Source: Tubulanus polymorphus (lineage: Eukaryota; Animalia; Nemertea). From it: DNA of 64,000 bases. A program made the position numbers and the translations under genes. Every line of letters starts with the position of its first letter. Within the stretch, counting starts at the first letter, position 1. The notes below the pieces were generated by a model. The model searched no databases and was not told the origin of the DNA. It saw nothing but the letters and a program-made list of their open reading frames with translations. The stretch is from assembly GCF_964204645.1 (NCBI RefSeq), contig NC_134028.1, positions 19,839,245 through 19,903,244 of the forward strand, read 5' to 3'. This document shows, piece after piece, positions 1 to 17,880 of the stretch.

Positions 1-81
1 TTTAGACATTGAGCGTATATTTCAATTCGTGTTTGGTGTCTATATAACGTTGTGTTGTCGTCATTTTCCTTCAAAACGTAC

Positions 82-5192
<5,111 letters not shown>

Positions 5193-7702
5193 GATTGCTT
5201 TCTTCCGAAATCTGGAATGAGAAATACGAAAATACATTGTACATGAAAAAATGATTTTCATTATTGTGGAGAGCATGATAATTCAATTTCGTTCTATTCG
5301 TCATAATAAATCCTAAGTACGTGATTGTAAATGAAAACAAGATCAACATCTCAAATCCCCTTCTCGAAACTCACTCGATCGAATGGAGTTGTAAGTTGGC
5401 CTAATTGGAAATCAGTCTCATCAGGTTGCGAGAAGTAACTCAAAGTATTTTCTATCATTCGAACTTCGCAGAACAATCTATATTACACGTAGTTACCTTT
5501 TATTTACTACTTTTAACCACGGATGCATAAGTGATTATTTCTTTAAAACTTGCCTTATTACGAAGAATTGCTGAATCGATGTAACCGCATCCTCGATGGT
5601 GTTCGCGTTATTCAAAACTATTTGCATGTACTTCGTGGCAATAGTTTCAACAAGGCGACAACTCGCAGCGTGAATATGAATAAAACATATAATGCGTGTA
5701 AACATGAGCTTTTTCCATATATTTCATTAAATATTTTAGACCAACGCGCACTCTTCAAAATGAAATATTGGACAATTGAGATCGAACGCTATATTCAGAA
5801 TTGTTGTCGTGAAATGTTCGGGCCAACCTGTACATCGCGCCATCATAATGCTTAGGCCATAATTCGAACAATATCCGTGGCTTATTGATTGTTGCAATAC
5901 TTGAGAGACATTTTCCAAAGATCTTTAGAATTTGAGATAAAACTTAGGTGCATTTTAGAAGGGCCAGTGTAAAGGGTGGTGTCCGAAGAAAATATAGACC
6001 ATTTAAGGAAATCGGTTTGTGAAGTTGGTGAAATCTTATTTGAACGACGTGTTCTCGGTAGATGGCTAGTTAACCCATCCACAGGCGATCGGAGGCCCTG
6101 GATTAGGTATTAAATGTGTGCGCATGTTAATTGAAGGACAATAAGGAACTGTATGGGTACATATGGGTATTTCTGTATTTGGCGGTATCGTCAGTTTGTC
6201 GGTCTGTCCGCACAGAAACTTCAATGTGCGGAGCTGAATTGCATACTTCATCTATTTTTCATAATGTAACCTTGTACTGTTCCATACTTGACTTGAACTG
6301 TCGCGATGACACGACAACGTAGCAACACAGATAGCATTGAAGTGGTGACAGGTGAAAACTAAATATCCGATGCTACTGAAAGCATACAGTTACTACACGG
6401 TTTTGCGATGTCTCGGAGCTTTGTTTTCAGAATCGAACATGTCGTTATTTTAGACCGAAAGGAGTTATTGTCTTCAATCTATATTGAAAAAAACCTTCCC
6501 TTACGTTAGGGTTCTAAACCATAATTTTAAGCGATTGAAAGAGCCGCCATTTTGTGTAGCGCTCTGTGATAGGCTCTAGATTTTCAACAAGAGTGATATA
6601 TAACACTATCAAGAGTTGTCAAGTACTCTTCTGCAAGGTGTATATATTAAATACTTTGAGGCAGTTACCGTAAAAACGGTCTAAAAATGTATGCACCACA
6701 AAGGTTTATGTCAAGATACTGCTCCCTCTAGATCGATTTCTGACCGAAAGATTCAAAAACATATTTATGTTCGTCTTTCGTATGCATTTGAAAATCCGAA
6801 AATCGAATTTAAACTGATTATCACTATAGTCTAATGCCGTCGTTGGCCCCTTATTATGTCCTCCCCACAGGTGGAATCGACCTAGGCTTTCCCATTCGTA
6901 TCGGAACTATTATTGACTGCATCTGCCCTCATTTACTAGGATTTAGTACCGTTAGAGAATTTAACTCCGCGCCGCTACGGTTTGGGGTGTGTATCAGTCG
7001 GTCAAGTTACAGTGGCCAATCAATGCGGATAGTGTTGGTTTCATCAGACATTTGTGACAAGCTTGTTTGAAGAAAATAAAGTCATACATCGTTATCAAGA
7101 GTTTTAGAAGAAAGTATTGTTAACATTGTAAATTTATCATGACCCAACTTATAATGACCGTGTTACAACACTATTGCGTAGTACCATGGACTCAGTCAAT
7201 GGTAGTACGTAATAAAGATAAGTCGGTGAAAGATATTCCGAGTGATGGTGTTGTTTTCTACCAATGTCTGATATTGGTGATTGGTGTATCTAACCGAAAT
7301 GTCCACAAATACAGCCAAATCATCGGCACAACCGTGGTTACATTTGGCGTATTCTAAAAGGAATTGCCTTCAATTTACATCCTTCGGTTTTGAATAGACA
7401 CAATTTGCTAGCATGGGACATTTTGCATCCAGGAGATTTTTTTTTTTAGAATTCACCTCGAACTAATTGGTAACTTGATAACTCAATACCGAGTCAACAT
7501 GTGTTACGTTTCATGAATTTAAAACTCGAAATCTTAGAGTATCGAATATACAATTTAAAAAGCTTGTGCTATCAATAGAGTATCAAATATCTCATCTAGA
7601 ACCTGTAATTCAATGATAGAATATATAAGAGTTAATGCTCGTGCCAATATAATATATCTCGAATTCCTTCCAGCTGATAAACCTCGGGTCCTTCACTCAG
7701 TG

Positions 7703-8703
7703 ATGACGTCTGTTACGAATTCATCTGACGTGTCGTGCGTAAAAACTTTACCGATACGAAAAGTTTACATCGATACGTTTTACGTCCATGCGATTGTACT
7801 ATCGTTACGATCGAACGTTTGAAACGAAAATCATACTACGTATGCAAATTCGTAGCTTGTTTTGATTTATCGTTTCTCGTTTCGTTCGCGTTTTTGTACC
7901 CGATTCGGGCGTTGTACGTTTACGCGATTATGGGTGACGTCATGTTTCGTTTTTACGCGCTCAAATTCGGGGGTTGGATTTTGTTCATATTTTCATATAT
8001 GTTTCTCTGGTTAGAGACATCGAGGAATTGGTCGGTTGTTTTGCTCAGTGTTGATCGGCTAGTGGTGATTTCATTTCCGTTGCGAGCGGTGCGATTTTGG
8101 ACACAAAGAAAACTACTATCAATTATGATTTGTGTGGTTACCTTAAGCGCGTTGGCAAACTGGCATTATATCATACAAGGCTCATTCCCAGGACTTTATC
8201 GCTGGCCTTGTCTTAGATTAGATATTCGTGTTTATACCCAGTTCAGCGGTTATACACTCTTCAAATATACTGATTTTCTCACAAAACTCATCACAAATTA
8301 CACCAATTATGTTTACATGTTCATAACGTCAATATTCCCTACTTGTTTTTTGATAGTTGTCAATTTTCTGTTAATGTTTGTTTTATATCGTGCGACCACA
8401 GCTCGACGGTCTCTTCGTCGAAGTGATTCCGTCGCCCGCAACAATGTCATCGATATCCGCGCTCTCAGAAATGTCGTTGCGCTCGTCGCTTTCTTTCTAA
8501 TTTGCGAAATCCCGGCCACAATGCCGCGACTTTTTGAAATAAACGGTTTTGTAATACGCGATTATAGATTGCGAGCAATGTTTTATCAATTCGCTCTCAC
8601 TACAACGGTTTTCAATTCAGTCGGTAATTTTTTCATCCTTATTTCTACCGATGATAGATTCCGTAGTTTCACACGATGCCAGGCGTGTCGGGTAGACCGG
8701 TAG
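7703..8703 (+). pseudogene. Intronless rhodopsin-class (peptide-receptor-like) GPCR with a frameshift/deletion in TM1
   Basis: TM2-TM7 lie in ORF 7735-8703 (VACFDL, NWSVVLLSVDRLVVISFPL, FFLICEIP, FNSVGNFFILISTDDRFR). The likely N-terminus MTSVTNSSDVSC..YIDTFYVHAIVLS starts at ATG 7703 in another frame and ends at 7822. No GN motif of TM1 is present. Confidence 0.7.
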
Positions 8704-8759
8704 TTTCGGGGCTGTAGTACGCCGACTGAGAGACGTTCTAATCGAAAAATTTGTTCCAT

Positions 8760-9278
8760 CATACACATTGAGGACACGTTAGATTTCCTACTTATTATGA
8801 AAAATACTGCAGTAGATAGCAGCAATACAATATTATTCACTGATGTTGTGGCTCTATACCCCAGTATACCTATCGAAGATGTTAATAGAGCTGTTAATGA
8901 GTTTCTACACATGTGAAGCTATCGATAGTAGTTCTTAGTAATAATATCTGTAAATTTTTTACAACATGCATTTTGTGCTAATGTCGGGAACGGCTATTGG
9001 TAAACGTATTCATGCACATATATTTTAGAATCGGAAGACTTCGACAAATCTACCCACAAACCTAAATTGTGGAAGAGATTCGTAGATGATACATAAGTTT
9101 GGTTTGTGGGAACAGGGTCTTGATGAGTGTTTAACTAAATTTACTGAACGTCAGATTTACCCATGAATATACCTTTTTAGAAGCTAATCATCTAGATGTT
9201 AGAGGCTACAAATCAAATTGGAAAATTGGTACTGACCTATACACTAAACCCACTGATACGCACCAGTATCTACATTTC

Positions 9279-9283
<5 letters not shown>
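8760..9283 (+). mobile_element. Degenerate Penelope-like retroelement RT fragment
   Basis: Motifs across frameshifts: ILFTDVVALYPSIP, GTAIG, KPKLWKRFVDD, TDLYTKPTDTHQYLHF. Confidence 0.8.

Positions 9284-9359
<76 letters not shown>
9284..9359. repeat. (AT)n microsatellite
   Basis: Perfect AT run directly after the Penelope fragment. Confidence 0.97.
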
Positions 9360-9362
<3 letters not shown>

Positions 9363-9768
9363 ATAATAATAATCTAGGATTCGTACGACATTAATCAAGA
9401 AGATGTTAGCTCGAGAAACCATGCGCTCGTTACGAGGCCTATTTGTTAAAACCTATTAGATTAATAGGGTTCATATGTAATTTTCCTATTGTATTTTCAA
9501 TAACAGTTGCGATCAAAATACAGCCACGAGAACTTAACTTTGTCTGTGGCCTCTCAATTAGAAAATCAATAGTTCCAACTTCGGCACGTGTCTAATCAAA
9601 GGGTGGGGTAAGAGAGATTTAATAAAGTTATTCTAATTGACGCAACGATTAAAATTTTGAGATGCTCCTTTAGTCCATTCATCATTTAGTATAAGTGACA
9701 GTGAGAATGTTGAGTCAACACCTTGTGGCTACAAAAGATGTTAGATATGTCCTATTCTTAATCAAAGA

Positions 9769-10624
9769 AGAGGAGCTTGTGTAAATTGTTATGCATAGCA
9801 TGTTACAGCCTGGCACGTGGGGCTGTTAAGTAGACTTCCCTGGACATGAGAATGACCGATGCCCAATATTCATTGTTACCGTCACTGCCATGGCAACTGT
9901 TTTATGTCCATATTCCAAAAAAGTGACCATATGGTCATTGGGGCTAGATTTTGGAATTCACATGATATATGTGTGGTATCTTATTGTCGGAAATTGAAGT
10001 AAACTTTACACGGTATCAGATTTTCTCGGAAAAATCTGCATTTGTTGAGATTTATTGCCATGGCGACTGCAAAATCTTTGATTTTCTCATTTTGTGTGTG
10101 TCTTTTCGGCAAATATAGTTACATATTTGATTTGCCTCACAGGTTTAAACAATTTTTCTATAACATCTTCTTCACATAATTTGGTGTATTTTGAATATAA
10201 CCTAAATTTAAATCATCCGTACGATACCAAAATATCCTCTCTTAAACACGGGAAACGAAGAGTCTGGAGTTACCATGTTTAGAAAGTTTTTTTTTATGGA
10301 AACAGAGTTCCTCTCTCAAAGTAACTTTCTCATATCAAGAATGAATCGTGTTACACTAGCACCAGTGGCAAGTGGACCTACCTAAGATAGTGACTGGAAC
10401 CAGGGAAGTGTGATCTCATCACACTTCCCTGCTGGAACCAATCAAAGACTATCGCCGTCATTGCCATGGCAGCCATTTTGTTTGCAAAAGATTGAAAAGG
10501 CATTTATATTCGTATCATTCTCTTTTCAGGCAAAATGTTTAAGTCTACTGAATAGCCCCACATGCGATGCCAAGCTGTAACATGCCATGCATAACAACCC
10601 AGAATTCAAAACATAAGCTCCTCT
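9769..10624. mobile_element. MITE with long imperfect TIRs
   Basis: AGAGGAGCTT..TTGTTATGCATAGCATGTTACAGC..GTGGGGCTGTTAAGTAGACTT is mirrored by AAGTCTACTGAATAGCCCCAC..GCTGTAACATGCCATGCATAACAA..AAGCTCCTCT. Confidence 0.7.
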
Positions 10625-13071
10625 ACTATCAGGATGAAAGGTTTTACAGTACGGTTACAGTCGACAAATTCTACAAACTTTCGATTGTAATTCAAACAAG
10701 AGGTCCATGGGCGTTGAAGTTTCGGTTATAATGTTATGCATAGAATGTATAACCAGGTGACATCACCATTCTTGGAAAAATACCTTTTTCCATTCTGACT
10801 TAAAGAACACAGTGACCAAATGTGTAAAATCATTTCTATCGGTATACGACCGCAGTAACTTAAAAGAGACGTAACCGATTTTACCAGCATGCGTTTGTCT
10901 TTCCGGGGAGAAGGGCACTATACTAAATATTTGCGGCCTAGACAGCAAATAAAAGAAAACAGTCCAAAGATTATTTTTTTCAGGGCTAATAAACCGTTCG
11001 AACCTTCTGAACAGCCACAGCAAACACCCCTCAGAGTTGAAGAATATGGCAATTGAATAACTTATTGAAACTAATTATTGAAAATCTTTTTATTGCTATA
11101 TTTAATGTTTTTGACGAAAGTTTTTAACGAAAAGTTTACATTGCATATAGGCACAATGACAGGTAATCTGTCAACATTCTATGAGTTGTATAACAATATT
11201 GATAAAAAGATTTGAGCACAAACATAGGAACTTTTAGCTGTTTTATTAAGATAATGACCATTGCAAAATCTATTGTAGCGGGACGTTTCGACATAAAACA
11301 GTGTAGCCTCATCTACAATTACAATGTACAGCAGTTATTTTAATAAGCACAAAATTGCAATGAAATTTTTGAATATAGTGAATACACTGAATTGATCCGC
11401 AGCTAGAATTTAAGTCGACACCAAAGAAAAATCGTTAAACACTTCGGACTATCAACAATACATCAACATCGCTTTGTTATTTTTCACCACATCTAGTACA
11501 TAGCACCAGAACGAATTGATTAATGGTGGTGATAGGCATTCGTGTGTGAGGCATATTTAAACTATCTACTCCCTCTATGTGGTCGGACCAAATTCATGCA
11601 GTCTTTAGTTCTTTGGCAACTTGATGAAACATAATCTCTTTAACTTGATATTTGGTTGACCTGAGAATTATTTCGCATGTTACTGATGTGTATACTATTC
11701 AATCATTTCGAGTCAATTATTTCAATTTACGATAAATTAAGAGTATATATTATCCTCTGCAAAAATGCATGCCCAATGCTACACAGCAGACGTCTACCCA
11801 TGTTTTCAGCTTAGTGTCGGATATCGATCAGAACTACATTCGCAGAAAATTATTGAAATATGATATCAGATATTTGAACACTAACGTTTGAAAGTGGATT
11901 CAAATTCCATTCACACAACGTGGCTGAATGAAATTAGAAAATTCAGTACGTACGCATTACATAGATAGATAAAGGCAGTCGATTATTTGATCTGATAATT
12001 TAATAACTTTAGTGTCATTATCGATAAGATATGAAGACTTACCCGTTACTAAATAGATTACTGAAATCAACACAATCGTTTTAAAGATGTAATAATCCAT
12101 TGTAATCTTTTAATCCTATGAGTGGTAATCCGTCATCATCGATTGAATGGTAATCCGTTAATCCCGCGTTTACTGATTATCCGCTAATTCAGTGGTAGTG
12201 ATGATGATGACTATAGTCATTGGCTGAACTGATTTATTGATGTCGCATCAGATTTTTTTATACCGGGATCATCTGTCACTCAAACCCGAGACGTTAGAGA
12301 GGAGCACATCTCCTTAATTAAACACTGACGACTGGCATAAATTACCTGATTACATATTTTCGACTTCTGTGAAGGTAAACTAATTTAATGTTCTAATCAT
12401 TGTAATTGAAAGTCGATTAAGATCTGATCGACAAATTAAAATCAGCAACGAATTAACAGTGATATATAGATTAATTACCCCAGTAATTAGTTCTAAATTA
12501 GCATAGATACAATGGCACCAATTTGTATCACAAAAACACATCATCTAATCATCAACTCAAGAAGGCTTTTGCCCATATTGTCAAAATCTAGAATCCTTGT
12601 GACTTCATCCCTCAAACAGCAGGTCCCCGCAGCATCCAGGAATTTCGTATGAACCCATAAAAACCTTAAACACCTTCATACATGGTCAAATTGAATGGAC
12701 ATGATAGTGTTCGTCGATATCATCAGAAAGGGCAGCATCTCATGCTGCTTTTGATATCGCGGATATTCGTCACCGTGAACTGGTGCAACCTTTGGGGGAA
12801 ATCTTTTTCCCAATTGTTAACGGTCTAGTAAATGATTTAATATACATAAAAACTCTCATTCAAGTTGCCTAGACGGAACCTCATAGAACAACAACAACAG
12901 AATATACGAGTGACATGTATATCAAGGCAATCAATTTCTATAACCATCGAATGGGACAACGATGGTTGACCTAATAGTAAAATGTGTTTTCTGTAGAATT
13001 CATAGACCAGTTTGGAAATTTTTGTCAAACGTCAAACGATTCAAGGTGGCTTTATTTGCAAGATACTAGAT

Positions 13072-15059
13072 ATGGCAGCTAAACCGAATATACTGGAGAT
13101 ATTAGCAAAACGCATAATCATTGGCGACGGTAGTTACATGAATACATTCGAAAAAAGAGGATATGTGACTGCTGGGCTGTATACTCCTGAATGCGTTCTA
13201 GAACATCCTGACGCCGGTAGGTTTTACATGTTTCTGACTTATTTCTACCCACATCCCAACTTTACCCGATCAATTTTAGCACACCTTCCTGTCTGCAACA
13301 AAATCTATAGTTTTGTGGGCATCATTTTGAATTAAAACAATGACGAACTACGAGGCATCTGCCAGAAAAAATGTCCTTTAAAATAACCGTTGGGTTATCT
13401 TCAAGTCAAAACGGATTAGCCGATAAAAGAAAAATCATTAATTTGCCATTTTTCAGTCAGTGGTTTACATAAAGAATTTGCTCGAGCTGGAGCTGATGTA
13501 ATGCAAGCATTCACTTTTCATGCGACGGATGGAATGCTTCAATGTAGTGAGTCGGCCAAAAATTATAACGTAGGTTGTGGTCTTTATCTATCTCACTCTT
13601 ATTCAACTATTCAGTATTTCTATTCAACTATTCAGTCATACAAATTGTACTGAATGGTTAGTGCTAAGGTATTGATGTACATATCTATAATTTATCTTAG
13701 ACATCTGAAATAAACCGTGCGGCGTGCGATCTTGCACGTAATGTTGCCACATCATACAATCTACTAGTTTGCGGAGGTTTGTCGCCTACACCGACATATA
13801 CAGCTGGAAAAGGGAAGGCAGCAGTTCAAGCAGAATTCGAAAAGCAATGCCAAGTGTTCAAAGAAAAGGATGTCGATTTCTTTATAGCTGAGGTAAAATT
13901 CTACTATTCAAGACAAAGATGGTATTCATTGGTATTTTACATTGGAAAATTTCACTATCAACAAATCGAACATTTGTATAACACTGTAGTGTCGAATGTA
14001 TACATGTATTTTTCGAATCCAGTTTTTCTGTTCAATCGAAGAGATGGAATGGGCGATTGATGTCATGAAGAAATACAACAAACCTATAGCGTGTACGATG
14101 AGAATAGGCCCAGTTGGGTGTATGGATGGAATCAGTGCAGGAGAGTGTGCAGTTAGAATGGCTAAACGAGGTGTAAAATCATGCCCTCACTCTAGATACA
14201 TCCCTCTTAATATACGTTATTTTTCAAACATGTTTCAATGTCGTGCAAAGTTTAGTAAATCATAATCGTAGGTGTTTGTTTTCAATCACCCAGGGGCCGA
14301 TATTGTGGGTTTAAATTGCCAGTTTGATTATAACGCGCAACTGAAAACGATGAAATTGATGAAAGATGCCCTGAATGAAGCTGGTTTATCTCCATTTCTG
14401 ATGATGCAGCCAATCGGATTCCTTTCTCCTGAAACTGAGTATCTAGTTGAAGGATATTCTCAACTACCCGAGTACTTGTTAGGTGAGCTGAAATAACAAT
14501 TGGATCGTCTCGATATTGAAATAAGTAATATGTAGATGCTTTTTCATTTTCAGCGATGGAACCACGCATTCTTACTCGTTGGGAATGTAGAGACTATGCC
14601 CGTAAAGCTTATGAACTTGGAGTGAGGTACATCGGAGGATGTTGCGGATTCGAGAGTTATCATATTCGTGAAATGGCCGAAGAGGTTTGTACACGAAATG
14701 TTGCATTGCATTTCGATATCCAAATCACATTGGGAAATCCATTCGCATGATAATTCACATTATAATTACAGTTGTCCGAGGAACGAGGATTCAGACCACC
14801 CGGAAAAGATCATAATTTACCATTCGCGGCTGGATATGGACAGAGTGTATATGAACATGATCGTCAAAAGTAAACCGATAGCCGGATAATCCTGACGTTT
14901 TTATACCAGTATCCACATTGCGCGGAAGCGTCTCTTTATATATCATGCTCTTTTATTTATTGCAGACACGGTAGAGATTATTGGATGAATCTAATCCCTA
15001 AAACCGGTCGTCCAAACAGCGCTGCTTACAACTCAGAAAAGGAACTCATTCATTTGTAA
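13072..15059 (+). CDS. BHMT: Betaine--homocysteine S-methyltransferase family protein (exons 13072-13216, 13457-13569, 13701-13892, 14023-14170, 14294-14482, 14554-14684, 14772-14869, 14966-15059)
   Basis: Intact spliced frame with [50 protein letters not shown] (Zn ligands) and [12 protein letters not shown]. All introns are GT-AG. Confidence 0.93.
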
Positions 15060-17199
15060 CAACAAACCCATTATGTTTTTTTGTATCGATTGTGTGATTA
15101 TAGTATTGGTCCATTTGTAATCATGTAACGTTTTTGTTTTTTCTTTCTATTTCTTTATCCTGTGAGTATCTTTCTTCTTAGTATGAACTGACACGATGAA
15201 TAACTAAATTAATGTACAACCTATGCCTTCATCTCCCAAATAACGATAGTGATCGCGCGAACGCCTAGTTTTCCCGATGATAACTTTTGATCAGGCCTTT
15301 TCTGAATGTAATGAACGTTTTCCTTCTCTGATAGGGATATTTGGAGAAAATTCATTACATTCAGAAAAGGCCTGATGATTAAGAGTCGAAACGATAGGTA
15401 CAAGGAAACAAGTCCCATCATTATCACTTTGGTGATCTGGTTTAATATCTGAGTATGCCGAACTAAGCCATCAGCTGTCCTCATGTGTTGTCAAAAGTTG
15501 AAGATTCTCAATGCCGTCCTGGTCCAACTATACTTACATATGTAATCATTGGCAGGATCCCTCGCAATTTAGAGAATGAAATTAAACTAATTTAATATTA
15601 AACAGCTATACTTCGTGACGGAAATTTCCCGGTCATTGGACACCGTCTGGAACAACTGGGAACTCGTTTCATCTGCCCACCGGTTTCTGGGGGCACTGCA
15701 AACTGCGAACCGTCAATGAAATCAATACATCACTACATTCATTTATATTGCCGACTAGAATTATCTATTTGCATTTATTAACAAATAATTGACACAAATT
15801 TGAATCGTGTAGAACAAGGAAACCCGAAACCTAGAACTGAATTAGAATTAGAACATAGATCTTCTAGTATGATAGAATGTTGCTCGAATTATCCATCATT
15901 TCCGTGGCATTTTCTAGTTTTCTAGTTTCCCATTTGTTTCAAGCCTGTTCTCGAAGATCTAAAATTTTTTCTTGGATCTTTCACATTGTTTCTTGCGAAA
16001 TCATTAGTCAGCGATCTGTCCTTTCTAGAATTGAAGACCCTCGGCGAAAAGTCACCTTGTCGACCTGGTAGGTGCTTGATATCGCGTTTGACGATAGACT
16101 TGCAATTCAATTTGCTCAGTGGTCCCGATATGGCCTTGCCGTAACACTCGAAAGGACGAGATGATGCCTGCCAATCAAACAAACACAATTGAAAATGCTT
16201 TTTCTTTGGTGAACCTTTCAAATACAACACTGATAATCGCTATTATAAGAATACTAAGAGGTTATAAATAATTGCGACTTTTTCCAGTCTTGAATTGCGT
16301 AAAAACCCACAATATAGATCCAAAACAACAGCTACTATTTTATTCTAACGTTTGGGGTAGGATACTTCAACCCATATTCAGAGATTTGTTTCAGATACCG
16401 AGAGTTATTTCTGTTAATTCGTCTTTCCATGAGGAATATCAACTGCACATAGGACCAATGAGGTTTGTAGACTTTAGGTTCATAAGTTAAGCTACGATGG
16501 ATTATTAGATCATTATTGACGAAATGCTTCGACGCTTCGACGATTAACAAACGGCGTTTCCTCATCATAGACATATATTTACCTCGCTACATGTACTTTC
16601 ATATATGGCATCGGTTGAAACCCAGAAAACCGCCAGAAAAACCACCAAAAACTTATCAATTTCATGTTGTTTCCGGAAAACTGCAATCAGATCATAGATA
16701 TAGAGACTGGTTCCCGGCTAAGCGAGAACAAGAGACTGGTTTCCGACTTTGCCAGAACATGGATATTTTGCGTAAATGATCTTACCTGTATGATGTGTGT
16801 TGAGATTTAACGTGCTGTTGAAGCGACCGACGAATGTTTCATTTTGTCGATTAAATCTTGCGAGTTTTGTACATACATTGGGCTGAATAATATTTAAACA
16901 GAAGTTGCTGAACGGCCTCGGAATTAGCACTTCACTGTACTATAGATTTGATTCCAACTATTTACAGGATCGATTCGATTATTTTTGCCATGTTTAATCT
17001 GTGTGATTTGTTTACAGTCGTTGCTGGAAATTTGAAGTACGATGGAGGTTGTACATTTTTCATCCACACAATGAATAAAATCCTGTAAAAGACTTAATAT
17101 GAACTGTAGATTCAAATATTAACCAAACTTCGCCCGGTTCCACAATTCCACAGAAGAGTCGACTTGACGAAAATGAATCCATTTTAACCCTTGAATCAA

Positions 17200-17880
17200 A
17201 TTCAACCGAACTTTGTCCAGGACTGTGGAATTAGACCCTAGATAAGCAAGTCCAGAAGTGTTGAACTGGGTCCGAGGCTGCCGAAGTATGCCCAGCACAC
17301 TGTGGATATTGATTCACAACTTTCTGAATAAGTATAGGTCCAGAAGTTTGGAACTGTGTCCACAATTCAAGAAGTAGGACCAGGACTGTGTAACAAGGTC
17401 CACACTGTAGAAGTAGGTCAAAAGTTTGGAACTGTGTCCATAACTGTAGATGTAGGACCCGAATTGAGGAATTAGGTCTACAACTATAGAAGTAGGTCCA
17501 CATTGTGGAACTGGTTCTACAACTGTATAAGCAGGTCCAAAACTGTGGAACTGGATCTACAACTGTAGGAGTAGGTCCAGAACTGGGACTGGGTCCACAA
17601 GTGAGGTAGGCCCAGAACTGTGGAACTGGGTTCACAACTGTAAAGGTACGTCCACAGCTGTGGAACTGGGACCACAACTATGGACGTAGGTCTCAGAACA
17701 GGGTAACTTGGTCTACAATATTGCAAGTTCCACAATTGCAACTTGGTCAACAACTGTGGAAATGGACCCAGAACTGTGGAGTGGTATACTGTGGAACTGG
17801 ATCTAGTTTTATGGAACTTGGTCAAGGAATGTGGAACTATGTGACTGCAGAATTGGGTCTCAACCTGAAAAAGCTCGAAG
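17200..17880. repeat. Degenerate ~40-bp minisatellite (TGTGGAACTGGGTCCACAACTGTAGAAGTAGGTCCAGAAC); further arrays near 19.9-20.5, 25.1-25.6, 26.2-26.9, 31.0-31.6, 41.35-41.9 and 43.8-44.5 kb
   Basis: Tandem near-repeats with no unique spacers. Orientation flips with the cassette copy. Confidence 0.88.

Noticed and set aside
5550-7400. Short ORFs possibly from a decayed retroelement
   Set aside because: No recognisable motif, so no call can be supported.
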